Assembly: GCA_963666985.2 (NCBI GenBank)
Contig: CAXXIA010000002.1
Coordinates: 576,001-640,000, forward strand
DNA length: 64,000 nt
Direction of reading: 5' to 3'
Source of the DNA: Spirochaetia bacterium
Lineage (GTDB): Bacteria; Spirochaetota; Spirochaetia; DSM-2461
Shown: positions 40,087 through 49,784 of the stretch, one piece after another
Numbering within the stretch: the first letter of the stretch is position 1
Layout: each line of letters opens with the position of its first letter
The notes under the pieces: generated by a model
Database searches by the model: none
What the model saw: only the letters and a program-made list of their open reading frames with translations
Told to the model about the DNA's origin: nothing
Position numbers and translations under genes: made by a program

Positions 40087-40099
40087 GTTGTCATACAAC
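40087..40099. promoter_or_regulatory. HutC/GntR-type operator
   Basis: GTTGT-cat-ACAAC palindrome upstream of the regulator. Confidence 0.65.
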
Positions 40100-40132
40100 T
40101 TATAACATAGAGAAGATAGATATAACATGACG

Positions 40133-40166
40133 ATCTTTTTACGGCAAGCGTTTGCCGTAAAAAGAT
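40133..40166. terminator. Hairpin/terminator after the glycerol-ether operon
   Basis: atctttttacggcaa-gcgt-ttgccgtaaaaagat: perfect 15-bp inverted repeat. Confidence 0.7.
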
Positions 40167-40212
40167 GCCGCCATCGTCTTGATAAAAACTCCGAATTGAG
40201 CCCGGGCCGAAT

Positions 40213-42837
40213 CTATTCCAAAAGTTTTCGGAACACCGGATAGGTATCGACCATCACATAAGCCCGAAGAGGTCCGTCGATTTCTTCATCCGGCAATTCC
40301 AGACCGATTTCCTTCAGGAAACCCGAATCGTCGGAAAGCGTTTCGATTCCTCTCGCGTAATCGGCGGGAATCGCCCTTCCCGTCCGGGAATCCACCAGCA
40401 AGATGCCGAGAACATGATCCGCACTCACGAGAGTCGAATCGCGGAATCGGGCCAGGATGCGGGAATCCTTCATTTCGAGATCAACATCTCCGAGAGAAGC
40501 GGCGGGAGGCAATCCCGCCTCCTCCATGATCGAAACCCGTGCTCCGCCGCTGACATTGATGATTCCGGTGCTGCGGTCCGCCATTCCGGCCAGCTTTAAA
40601 AACCGCCCGTAGAATTCAATATCCTCTCCCCTCGCGAGGCAGTTGAACGCGAAATCCGAAAATCCGCCGCCGGGAAGAGGCGTCGAATTACCGGCCAGCC
40701 GAAAGAGGCTGAACGGCATATCCCAGGAACCGACGAACTTCAGGGAAACATCGTCGTAGGTGCTCATCGTCAGCGCACTGCCGGACTGCTCCAGCCTCAT
40801 CGTAAAGATATCCTTGAATTCCGGGGCCACGACGGTTTCGCCGGTCTCTTCATCCAACTTTCCCTGAATCACCCAGAGAAGGGCGGCCTCATCGTCACCC
40901 TCCACCACCGATGCCAGGTAGTGCAGGGAATCGAATCCGATCTGATTGTACGAGGGGAGCATGGTCGGGTACGGACAGGAAAGCCTGCTGATTTCGAAAA
41001 CAGTCGCGGGAGATCCCTTTCCGTCCGGAATCCGCAGGGAAACCGTTCTTCCGGCCGATCTATGAATATCAAGAACGAACTCACGATGCACTTCGCCGCT
41101 CTTGTGGCCTCCCCAGAACATCAGGCCGAGACGTTTTCGGTGTGTTTTATACTCACCGTTTATACTGAGACTGATCCTCTGGCCGCTCCAGGTTTCCCGG
41201 GGGATAAGAGTGATATACGCATCGTTGGCCGCGTAATCGCAGCGGAAATCTTGAGGGGGATCGAAAACCACGCTCAGGGATTTTCGATCCAGGGCCGAAA
41301 GAATGGTATCGCCGTCCTCTCGGGTGAACAGGGAAAACGTCAGAGGGCTGTTGGCTCCGATTTTTATCCGATCGTCTTGAGTCAGGGATGCAAACGGCGT
41401 GGTGTACAGAAGCGCCGCGCCGTCATCCGGCAAATCTTCTCCCCGGCCGACGGTGGAGCGCTTATCGCCGCGGCCGGCCGCGCTCAAGGGATAATCGTAG
41501 GGAACCAGGAAAACACCGCCGCTCTCGCCCGCGATGACAATACCGTCGGGACCGAGCGCGGGCGATGCGTTCATGTCGTTCCGCACATCGTCGATACAAA
41601 GATACTCCCACCGGAGAGTACCGTCGGAATTCAGGCAGAAAAGCTCTCCCGAACCGGTCCCGAAATAAATCCGGTCCCCGCCGTCAACGGCCGGTGAAGA
41701 CCGAATGGGTTCCAGGGAGTCGAAAGCCCAAACCAATTCGCCGTTTTCGGGTGAAAGAGCATACACCGTTCCATCGGCGGAGGGCTGAATAATCGTTCCG
41801 TCCGATAGCTGCGCCGGGCTGGAATAAAGATGATCCCGAGCCGCGAATTTCCACTGACGGTGTCCCCTCCGCGCGGAATACGCTCTGAGAAAACCGTCAT
41901 AGCCGCCGAGCACGACGGATTCTCCGGTCAAGAGAGGAGAGGCGGCGTTGGTGCCCAAACCGCCCTTTTTCCATAGCCGCTTGCCGGTTTCCGCGTCGTA
42001 ACAGAACACGTTGGAAAGCACTGTAAAATTGGAACCGAAGAAGATTCGGCCGTTTTCGGCGTCAACGGCCGCCAGCGACCAAATCATCTCATTGGCCGGA
42101 TAAACGCCCTTGGGTTCTCCGGTGTCGCGGTCCAGCCGGTATAAAAGGTAATTGTCGTTCGGCGCCAGAATATCGCCGCCGGGCAGCATCGCGATGTTTC
42201 CTTCGAACCAGGCGACATTGAAGGTTTTTATCCCGTACTCCTCTTCCACTTCTTCGGGGGTATGGGCTTCGAAACTCCAGATCTTTTTACCGGTTTTTCT
42301 CTCCAGACAATACACATGCCTGTCGCCCGATCCGAAATACACCCGGCCCCGGTCGTCCAGAAGCGCCGAAGAATCGATGATTTCATCCGTGGCGACACGC
42401 CATTTCAAAGAGCCGTTGGGATTCAGGCAGTAGAAGTAATGATCGGCCGATCCGATGTAGATATTCCCTTCGCCGTCGATAACGGGAGAACTGAAAATAC
42501 CTTTCCCGGTGGGGAACTCCCACGGCGAATCAACCGTTCCGCGACCGTCCTCCGAAACGGATCGGTCGATTTTTCCGCTCTGCCGGGCATCGGCGCGGAA
42601 TTTCGGCCACCAGGCGTCCGGATCGAGGGGTACTTCGCCGGTAAGGCTGCCGGCGCTTTCTCCTGCGGCCTTGTCGGCAGCTTCCGCTTCCGGAACAGCC
42701 GCGCCTTCCCTCGCCGATCCGCCGAACCTTTTCCCCTCGGCATCACAAGAGATCAAAAAGACCGCTGAGATTAAGAGAAAAAGAACCCAAGAAACGAATC
42801 GGGACGGCGCTTTTGTATGCATTCGGTTTCCTACCAT
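40213..42837 (-). CDS. Large lipoprotein with PQQ-type beta-propeller repeats and an unknown C-terminal region
   Basis: Lipobox 'LISC'; repeated 'SSP...G..Y.GS.D..Y.L...G...W' blades; roughly 400-aa C-terminal region not recognised. Confidence 0.8.
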   Translation of the reverse strand: MVGNRMHTKAPSRFVSWVLFLLISAVFLISCDAEGKRFGGSAREGAAVPEAEAADKAAGESAGSLTGEVPLDPDAWWPKFRADARQSGKIDRSVSEDGRGTVDSPWEFPTGKGIFSSPVIDGEGNIYIGSADHYFYCLNPNGSLKWRVATDEIIDSSALLDDRGRVYFGSGDRHVYCLERKTGKKIWSFEAHTPEEVEEEYGIKTFNVAWFEGNIAMLPGGDILAPNDNYLLYRLDRDTGEPKGVYPANEMIWSLAAVDAENGRIFFGSNFTVLSNVFCYDAETGKRLWKKGGLGTNAASPLLTGESVVLGGYDGFLRAYSARRGHRQWKFAARDHLYSSPAQLSDGTIIQPSADGTVYALSPENGELVWAFDSLEPIRSSPAVDGGDRIYFGTGSGELFCLNSDGTLRWEYLCIDDVRNDMNASPALGPDGIVIAGESGGVFLVPYDYPLSAAGRGDKRSTVGRGEDLPDDGAALLYTTPFASLTQDDRIKIGANSPLTFSLFTREDGDTILSALDRKSLSVVFDPPQDFRCDYAANDAYITLIPRETWSGQRISLSINGEYKTHRKRLGLMFWGGHKSGEVHREFVLDIHRSAGRTVSLRIPDGKGSPATVFEISRLSCPYPTMLPSYNQIGFDSLHYLASVVEGDDEAALLWVIQGKLDEETGETVVAPEFKDIFTMRLEQSGSALTMSTYDDVSLKFVGSWDMPFSLFRLAGNSTPLPGGGFSDFAFNCLARGEDIEFYGRFLKLAGMADRSTGIINVSGGARVSIMEEAGLPPAASLGDVDLEMKDSRILARFRDSTLVSADHVLGILLVDSRTGRAIPADYARGIETLSDDSGFLKEIGLELPDEEIDGPLRAYVMVDTYPVFRKLLE

Positions 42838-44594
42838 GCCGGATTCTCCCAGGTTCGCCCGGCAAACCGGGGTTTGCGTTTTTCCTCGGGCGACAGATCG
42901 AGTCCCAGAGTGCCGCCGGGATTCATAATGAGGTTCGGATCAAAGTGCTTTTTCAGGGTCCGGAACAGATCCATTGCCTCGAGGCCGATGGAATCCTCCA
43001 CCCATCGGGCGGTCATCTTGCCGACTCCGTGATGGTGGCTCATGGATGCCCCGGCGGCCTGGATGTTGTCGAAAATGCCGTACTGGTACTCAAGATATTC
43101 TTCTTTGTCCCGGAACTTCCCGATGAAGATGAAATACAGATTGGCACCCTGGGGATAGGCATGGGAAAGATGCGTCATGCAGATGGTCCCGGGTCGCGAT
43201 TTGGCGAATCGGCGAACGAATTCATGAACCTCGCCCATCCTATCCCAGGTAACGCCGCATTCCATCGTATCGATGATAATCCCGTAATCCTGGAGGGACT
43301 CCCTCATGTAAGGATCGCTGAAACGGCCGTGCTCCCAGCTTGTCACCGGATATCCGGTTAAGAACAGACCGCCGCGGCGCCTGCAGATTTTCTTGGTTCT
43401 TCGAGCCAGATTCCGGGCGAAGCCCTTCTCCCCCTCGCTCCAGCCGAGAAGCAGACACCTCTCCATTTTCTTATAGCCGAGAGCGTTCATCGCACTCTCC
43501 AGAACCGTGCCCTCCACCTTGTAGAGTTTGAGCATCACGTCTGTTTCCTCGGGGTCCGACAAGCGGAATACCGACGGATATCCGGCCTCGTCCTGCATAA
43601 TTTCCCTGGCGGCGTCCCGGGCCTCCTCCCAGCTGCGGAAAATAAAACTGAATTTGCGGCGATTCTTCGCCGTCAACCGGTGAATTTTCAGCGTAACGTG
43701 CGTGAGCACGCCGAAGGCGCCCTCGCCACCCATCATAATCTCATCGATTTCCGGACCCACGGCATGGGCGGGAAGTCCGTAGCTGGAAAGGGGGCCGCGC
43801 GGCGTGGCGTAGTCCTGCCCCATCACCATGTTGCGGATATTTCCGTAATACGTGGAATTCTGCCCGGCCCCGCGGGTTACCACCCAGCCTCCGACGGAAG
43901 AATATTCGAACGACTGGGGAAAATGACCGCAGGTATAGGCCTGATGAGCGCCGAAAAGTTCGGGAGCCCGATTCAGCGACTCCTCAAGATGGGGCCCCGA
44001 GATGCCGGACTGAACGGTGATGGTATGGTTCGTTTCGCTGAACTCGATGACTTTGTTGAAATGCCGCCTCATGTCCAGGGTGATTCCGCCGCACACGGCT
44101 TCAACTCCCCGGGTTACCGAAGATCCGCCTCCGTAAACATAGAGGGGAATTCGGTGCTCATCGCAATAGGGAACCAGAGCTTCAATCTCTTCCTTCTCGG
44201 CCGGATACACCACCGCATCGGGAATGTTTTCAATAATGTTCTCCCGCAGCCGGTAAAGGTCGTACATGGTTTTCCCATAGGCAACCGACAGCCTCTCGTA
44301 GGTTTTCGTACTGACGCGGTTTTCCCCGAAAAGACGAATCAGGAACTCAAGATGAGAGGAATCCAGTTTGCAGGGTACATCGTCCGGAACCGTTTCCAGA
44401 CCGAGTGCCTCCTTCCTGCGAAAATCGTCATCGCTTAAGGAGAAGGTTTCTTTCATTAAGGAAAAAAGCCGCTCGTTGGGCTCTTTGAATTCCCGCGGAT
44501 CGCCCCACTTGGCGATGGAGCGAAAACTCTTCTCGGGAGGAGGAACCACTTCCCATTCGGGTTTGAAGCCCTTGTACTTTTTCCGTTCGGCCAT
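42831..44594 (-). CDS. Alkyl-dihydroxyacetonephosphate synthase-like FAD enzyme (VAO family)
   Basis: 'YGGGSSV', 'GHFPQSFEYSSVGGWVVTRGAGQ.STYYGNI', 'LYFIF', 'SHHHGVG' and 'DP..IMNPG'. Confidence 0.88.
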   Translation of the reverse strand: MAERKKYKGFKPEWEVVPPPEKSFRSIAKWGDPREFKEPNERLFSLMKETFSLSDDDFRRKEALGLETVPDDVPCKLDSSHLEFLIRLFGENRVSTKTYERLSVAYGKTMYDLYRLRENIIENIPDAVVYPAEKEEIEALVPYCDEHRIPLYVYGGGSSVTRGVEAVCGGITLDMRRHFNKVIEFSETNHTITVQSGISGPHLEESLNRAPELFGAHQAYTCGHFPQSFEYSSVGGWVVTRGAGQNSTYYGNIRNMVMGQDYATPRGPLSSYGLPAHAVGPEIDEIMMGGEGAFGVLTHVTLKIHRLTAKNRRKFSFIFRSWEEARDAAREIMQDEAGYPSVFRLSDPEETDVMLKLYKVEGTVLESAMNALGYKKMERCLLLGWSEGEKGFARNLARRTKKICRRRGGLFLTGYPVTSWEHGRFSDPYMRESLQDYGIIIDTMECGVTWDRMGEVHEFVRRFAKSRPGTICMTHLSHAYPQGANLYFIFIGKFRDKEEYLEYQYGIFDNIQAAGASMSHHHGVGKMTARWVEDSIGLEAMDLFRTLKKHFDPNLIMNPGGTLGLDLSPEEKRKPRFAGRTWENPAW

Positions 44595-44603
44595 ACGATC
44601 CTC

Positions 44604-46154
44604 CTAGAGTTCCGGATATCCGGTAATGCCCTGAATGTCGCGAAAAATCCCTTTCAGGCGGGGATAAATTTTGCGGTACACATTGAAAAGTTTTTCATAA
44701 AGTGATGATTCTTCGGCTCGCGGATAAAAGGTGCGCTCGGTTCGAACCATGCGCCGAACCGCTTCGTCGATGGAAGGATGGATTCCCATGCCCACGGCCG
44801 TTAAAACGGCGGCGCCAAGCCCCGAAGTTTCATAGGTGCTCCCCCGGGTGAGCGGCCGGCCGATGATGTCGGCGGAAATCTGGCAGATCGCGTTGCTCTG
44901 GCTGGCGCCGCCTGATGCCGCCACGCGGTTCACATTGAATCGTCCCCGCCGTTCCAATGTTTCCAAACCGTCGCGCAGGGCGTACCCGAGTCCCTCGATT
45001 GTGGCCCGATACAAAGACCCGCGCGTGTGTACATCCCCGAATCCCACGAAGGAACCTTTCGCCAGAGGATCTTTCAGTCCCGCGCTCCAGTAGGGCTGCA
45101 TCATCAGTCCGCGGCATCCGGGCGGTTCGGTTTCCAGAAGACGGTTCAGGAGTTCTTCCGGAATCACGCCGAGCGTTTCCGCCTCGGCGATTTCCTTCTG
45201 GCCGAGTTCGTCGCGGAACCAGCTGATCATCCAGTATCCCCGATAAATCTCAATCTCGGGCAGCCAGGAGCCGGGATAGGCCGCGCAGTAGGCCGGAAGG
45301 AAAGGCAAAGGTTCGAAATACCGATCGGTTGTTACCTCGACGGTCGCGGTGGTTCCGAAACTTAAAGACGCCGCGCCGCGGTCCAGGCAGCCGGACCCGA
45401 TGGTCTCGCAGCTCTTGTCGCTGCCGCAGGCGAAAACGGGAATGCCCTCGGCCAGTCCCGTCGCCAGGGCGGCCTCGGCGGTTACCTCGCCGCCTTGCTC
45501 ACCGGCTTCCATCAGTGCGTAGAGCTTTTCTTCCTCAACGGGAAAAAGCTTGCCGTAAAGCGATTTCGGCCGCGCCCACCGTCTCTTGCGGAAATCCATC
45601 GGGACATGTCCCACCATGGACGCGACCGAATCGAAGGGAACGCCGGTGAGCCGGTAGTTGAGAAATCCGGAAACCTGCACGTATTTCCACGTCCGTTCCC
45701 AAATCCCGCTCTGGTTTTCCCGAATCCAGCTGCATTTGCCGTCGCGCATGGACTTCCGGATGGCCTTATCCTTGCCGACCAGATGGAAAGCGGCGCTCAT
45801 AAACGGATTCGGACGGTACGATCCTTCGGCTTTCCGCGAATCGAGCCAGGTAATGGCCGGACGGAGAACGCCGCCGTCTTCGGCCATGTTGATCATCGTA
45901 TCCCTTTGGGCGGTTACTCCCACACCGCCGATTTCGGCGAACGCTTCCGGGTGGCGAATCTTCAGCCGGCGGCAGCCGTCAACAAGGGAATCCCAAAACA
46001 GCTCGGGATCCTGCTCGGCCCATCCGGGCCTGGGCGACCGATACGGCGCGTAATCCCTCTTTTCCTTGGCAAGAAGATTCCCATCGGCATCGAAAATCAG
46101 TGTTCTCAGGCTCTGCGTGCCGCAGTCGATTGCAAGAATTGTTTTCTCAGCCAT
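44604..46154 (-). CDS. FGGY-family carbohydrate/polyol kinase
   Basis: 'ILAIDCGTQS', 'GWAEQDP', 'WLDSR', 'SFGTT' and 'GGASQS'. Confidence 0.93.
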   Translation of the reverse strand: MAEKTILAIDCGTQSLRTLIFDADGNLLAKEKRDYAPYRSPRPGWAEQDPELFWDSLVDGCRRLKIRHPEAFAEIGGVGVTAQRDTMINMAEDGGVLRPAITWLDSRKAEGSYRPNPFMSAAFHLVGKDKAIRKSMRDGKCSWIRENQSGIWERTWKYVQVSGFLNYRLTGVPFDSVASMVGHVPMDFRKRRWARPKSLYGKLFPVEEEKLYALMEAGEQGGEVTAEAALATGLAEGIPVFACGSDKSCETIGSGCLDRGAASLSFGTTATVEVTTDRYFEPLPFLPAYCAAYPGSWLPEIEIYRGYWMISWFRDELGQKEIAEAETLGVIPEELLNRLLETEPPGCRGLMMQPYWSAGLKDPLAKGSFVGFGDVHTRGSLYRATIEGLGYALRDGLETLERRGRFNVNRVAASGGASQSNAICQISADIIGRPLTRGSTYETSGLGAAVLTAVGMGIHPSIDEAVRRMVRTERTFYPRAEESSLYEKLFNVYRKIYPRLKGIFRDIQGITGYPEL

Positions 46155-46506
46155 GGTTGAAAGCTCCCGTTGCGATCACATCGATGCCTGTTCCGCCCAA
46201 ATCGGCGGCAATGACATCGCCCGGCAGGCAAGATGAGGTCAGGAGGATTCCGGCCGCAAGACGCATGAACTCATCCATGGCGTTTAAAGGGACTTCCGGC
46301 GCGAGACGAACAGGGACCCTGGGGATATCGGTCAAATCGGTTTTAACGGTTGTGGTCAGAACGCGGAGAGGGTTCAAAGCCTCCTGCCTGCCGTACCCTT
46401 CTCCCCTGGGGCACTGTTGTCCGGTCACTCTCAGCTCTCCCGAATCATCGGAAAGGACCAATCGGCAGCCCCTCGGACAGACAATGCAGGTAATGGTTTT
46501 GCTCAT
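46147..46506 (-). CDS. DUF1667 CxxC protein
   Basis: 'TCIVCPRGC...GQQCPRG..Y...E..NP.R.LTTTV'. Confidence 0.92.
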   Translation of the reverse strand: MSKTITCIVCPRGCRLVLSDDSGELRVTGQQCPRGEGYGRQEALNPLRVLTTTVKTDLTDIPRVPVRLAPEVPLNAMDEFMRLAAGILLTSSCLPGDVIAADLGGTGIDVIATGAFNHG

Positions 46507-47793
46507 TTAGTTCCTCACCCTTTCGGGGATGGGCGCCATCCGAAGTGTTAGAGATTCTCCTTCGACGGGGAAACCGGCGGAAGGAATCTCAACACGGATC
46601 ATTTCAGACGGCTTGGGCCACATCAGCTTCCGGCCGAACACACGGTGCTCCCCCTGCTCAAGAATAACTTCCGCCGCCTCCGCGCTCTTTCTGCAGCGGA
46701 AAAAAAGCGAAAGATCGCCCTTGAGAGGAACGCGGATTCGCTGCGGAACCGCGTAGGCAACGCCGTCACCGGGCTCAAGATTCAGGAATGAATCATCGGC
46801 TGCACGGCGAAACACCGGATTCAAAGCCGACTCCGCGGCTTTTTCACCGGCAACAGCGCCGCTCTCGGTCACGTAATCCACAAGGTCGTAGACCTGCAGG
46901 GCGTTCCCGCAGGAAAAGAGTCCCGGAATCGTCGTTTCCAAGTTCTGATCCGCCGCCGGCCCCCCGGTATCCGAATCCATATCCGCACCGAGCGGCGCAA
47001 TCAAATCGTTCTCCGGAATAAGCCCGACGCTGAGTATAAGGCAATCGCAGGGAACAAACTCTCCGTTTTCGTTGTGCGGCTTTCCGGATTTGTCGACTTT
47101 TCCGACGGTAACGCCCTCTATCCGCTTTTTCCCATGGATTTTGCTCACAGTCGTGTTCAGATGCAGAGGAATATCGAAATCCTCCAGGCACTGCGCGATA
47201 TTGCGGGTGAGTCCGGAAGGCTCCGAATTGATCTCGTAAACCCCGACAACTTCGGCTCCCTCCAAAGTGAGCCTCCGGGCCATGATAAGACCGATATCGC
47301 CGCTGCCGAGAATCACGCATTTCCTGCCGGGAAGAAGACCTTTCATGTTGATTAAATCTTGCGCCTGCCCGGCGGTCAGGACGCCCGCGGGCCGCTCCCC
47401 ATGGATAAAAACCTGACGATCGGTTCTCTCCCGGCATCCGGTGGCCGCAACAAGAGAGGCGGCTTCGATGTCCCGAACACCGTTTCTGTTGACGATTCTG
47501 AGCCGGAATCCCTCTTCACGGCGCTCCAGCCGGTTTAAAAAGGTGTCCGTCATCACCGTAATGGGCCGTTCGCGAACCAGCGTTTCGCAGCGCCAGGCAT
47601 ACTCCGGTCCCGTCAGCCGTTCTCCGAATCGGAGAGTGCCGAATCCGTCATGGATGCACTGCTTTAAGATGCCGCCGAGCCGACTCTCCCGTTCGATAAG
47701 ACACACATCGGCCCCGCGGTCGGCGGCCGCGACGGCCGCGGCCAGTCCCGCCGGACCGCCGCCGATGACGATAACGTCCCATCGGCGGCTCAT
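46507..47793 (-). CDS. NAD(P)/FAD-dependent oxidoreductase (partner of the GlpA-like enzyme)
   Basis: Start ATG 47793 (MSRRWDVIVIGGGPAG), overlapping the upstream stop; 'GGIL.QCIHDGFG' and 'ILGSGDIGLIMARR'. Confidence 0.92.
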   Translation of the reverse strand: MSRRWDVIVIGGGPAGLAAAVAAADRGADVCLIERESRLGGILKQCIHDGFGTLRFGERLTGPEYAWRCETLVRERPITVMTDTFLNRLERREEGFRLRIVNRNGVRDIEAASLVAATGCRERTDRQVFIHGERPAGVLTAGQAQDLINMKGLLPGRKCVILGSGDIGLIMARRLTLEGAEVVGVYEINSEPSGLTRNIAQCLEDFDIPLHLNTTVSKIHGKKRIEGVTVGKVDKSGKPHNENGEFVPCDCLILSVGLIPENDLIAPLGADMDSDTGGPAADQNLETTIPGLFSCGNALQVYDLVDYVTESGAVAGEKAAESALNPVFRRAADDSFLNLEPGDGVAYAVPQRIRVPLKGDLSLFFRCRKSAEAAEVILEQGEHRVFGRKLMWPKPSEMIRVEIPSAGFPVEGESLTLRMAPIPERVRN

Positions 47794-49541
47794 GGAGCGG
47801 CTCCCGTTTTGGTTTCCGCCACCGCGATTTCGGAACCCGGCCCCTTCTTGCTGATTTCCAAAAGATCCAATCCCATCTCTTCGGCCATAACCCCGATAAT
47901 CCGGGGCAGACAGAAGCCGCCGTGACATCGCCCCGCCCCGGCCCGGACACGCCTTTTTACGCCGTCGACCGTAGTCGCCGGCGGATTCCGGCGCAGAGCA
48001 TCGCGGATTTCCCCTCGGGAAACCTCTTCGCACCGGCAGAGAATTTCCCCATAAGACGGATCTTGATGAATCAGCGCGTCCCTCTCGGCGGCATCCATGT
48101 CCCGCAGAGAAGGGATGGGCGTTCTTACGGGATTGAATCCGGGATTGTCCGAAACATACCGTCCTTGCGCTTCCAGCATGTTCACAGCCCAGCCGGCGAT
48201 GTCCTCGGCGATGGCGGGAGCCGAGGCCAGGCCGGGCGACTGAATGCCCGCGGCATGAACAAGATTCGCCACTTTATCCGAAGGTCCGACGATGAAATCC
48301 TCTTCCCAGGTTGCGGCGCGGACACCGGAGTAATAATTGATGATATAACGGCTCGAAAGGGCTTTGTTCAGATCCAGCTGCCCCAGAAGCGACTGAAAGA
48401 CGGCCGCATCGGTGGAGAAATCCTCTCTGCCCGGAACCTCCTGTGCGGTCGGCCCGATGAGGAGATTTCCCTCCACGCAGGGCACCACGCCTCCGCCCTT
48501 GCTGTGGCTGGAACGCCCGGAAAAAATCCGGGGCATACCGGAGATCCGCGTCTGAAAAACGCCGCAAACGGCATCCAGAATCGCGTCGGTACCTTTGCGT
48601 CCGTGAATGGAAAAAAAACGGTCTCCGGCCATTTCGGCGACTTTATCCGACCAAACCCCTGCGGCATTGACCAAAAGTCCGCAGCCGAAGATGCCTCGGT
48701 TCGTAACCAATTCCTTGATTCGCCCCTCTTCCATGCGAATATCCCGCAGGACCGTCCGGAAATGAAACTCGCATCCGTTTTGGGCCGCGTTTTCCGCCAG
48801 CGCCAAGGTCACCCTGTACGGAGAGACGATGCCGGCGGACGGCATGAAGAACGCGCCTTTCTGTTTATCGGTAACCCACCTCTCCATTCGCCGCACCTCG
48901 GCGGCGCTCAGGCTTCGATACTCTCCGTCCACGCCGTTCCTGCGGCACCGCATCTTGAAAACGGGAACAAGCAGCCGATGGAATGCGGTTCTGTACAGAA
49001 GCAGAGAACCCGGCCTTTTCAATTCAAAGTTCAGCTCTTCGGCCCATCGGCCGTACATTCGATTCCCTCGAACGTTGTAGAACGCTTTTCGCGTACCGGG
49101 CTTGGCCGCGAATCCCGGATGAATCATGCCGTCGTTGCGGCCTGAGGCCTGCATGGCCGCATCTTCTTCTTTTTCAATAACCGCTATGGAAAGATCGTAA
49201 CGGCTCAGTTCCCGCGCTATGGCGCACCCGATAACTCCCGCTCCGACGATAACGACATCGTATGAACGGCCCTCAAGCGCATCGTCTTCCAATTCGGGCT
49301 CGGCCATGGGAGCCTCCGGAGCTTCAGAGGCAACAATGTCGTTCAGAACTCCCCGGTATCCTTTCCCGGCCGCGGCATATCCGGCACGAACCTTTTGCTC
49401 CCATGTTTCCACGGTTCCGGTCAGCCTGACGGACCGGTCGATAATGTCCGCCTTAAGATGTCCCAGTCCCGCTTTTTGCAAAGCTTTTTCGACGGCCGCC
49501 GGATTACCTGGAGTCTTCTTACCGCCCGCTCGAATCACCAT
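47790..49541 (-). CDS. GlpA/LhgO-like FAD dehydrogenase with an N-terminal BON-like domain and a C-terminal BFD [2Fe-2S] domain
   Basis: 'VVIVGAGVIG', 'SGRNDGMIHPG', 'GIQSPGL' and 'CRCEEV...KRR.RAG.GRCHGGFC'; N-terminal 'VRLTGTVETWEQK..A...A....GVLNDI'. Confidence 0.88.
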   Translation of the reverse strand: MVIRAGGKKTPGNPAAVEKALQKAGLGHLKADIIDRSVRLTGTVETWEQKVRAGYAAAGKGYRGVLNDIVASEAPEAPMAEPELEDDALEGRSYDVVIVGAGVIGCAIARELSRYDLSIAVIEKEEDAAMQASGRNDGMIHPGFAAKPGTRKAFYNVRGNRMYGRWAEELNFELKRPGSLLLYRTAFHRLLVPVFKMRCRRNGVDGEYRSLSAAEVRRMERWVTDKQKGAFFMPSAGIVSPYRVTLALAENAAQNGCEFHFRTVLRDIRMEEGRIKELVTNRGIFGCGLLVNAAGVWSDKVAEMAGDRFFSIHGRKGTDAILDAVCGVFQTRISGMPRIFSGRSSHSKGGGVVPCVEGNLLIGPTAQEVPGREDFSTDAAVFQSLLGQLDLNKALSSRYIINYYSGVRAATWEEDFIVGPSDKVANLVHAAGIQSPGLASAPAIAEDIAGWAVNMLEAQGRYVSDNPGFNPVRTPIPSLRDMDAAERDALIHQDPSYGEILCRCEEVSRGEIRDALRRNPPATTVDGVKRRVRAGAGRCHGGFCLPRIIGVMAEEMGLDLLEISKKGPGSEIAVAETKTGAAP

Positions 49542-49560
49542 ATCTTTCCCCTTGACCGGC

Positions 49561-49577
49561 TGGTGGTTTTACCACCA
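49561..49577. promoter_or_regulatory. FadR-type operator
   Basis: TGGTGGT-ttt-ACCACCA perfect inverted repeat 20 bp upstream of the operon start. Confidence 0.8.
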
Positions 49578-49784
49578 AAATAATGTTACCATGCCGGCCG
49601 GCGGTTGTCACTGAAAATAATCGCGCGGGCGGGGAAGGCTCTTTTCAAAAGAGCGGATGCGCCTCTGGTTAGAGTGAAACTCGCAGATCGCGGCCGCAGG
49701 AGCGCAAAATTTGAATGAGCCGCACAGCTTTGACATCATCAAAGAGTTTCCCTACCATCGGAAACAATGCGGAGCCGATAAAAC

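Noticed and set aside
40213..42837. PQQ-dependent dehydrogenase or BamB
   Set aside because: Only generic propeller blades are visible; size and context do not fit BamB, and quinoprotein active-site motifs were not recognised.
47794..48033. 80-aa N-terminal extension of the 46507-48033 ORF
   Set aside because: It overlaps the BFD domain of the upstream gene; ATG 47793 gives the usual family start and an ATGA overlap.
47922..49145. 407-aa plus-strand ORF, and similar long ORFs at 31370-32383, 34358-35332 and 36016-37119
   Set aside because: All lie antisense to clear genes and are expected from codon bias in GC-rich DNA.
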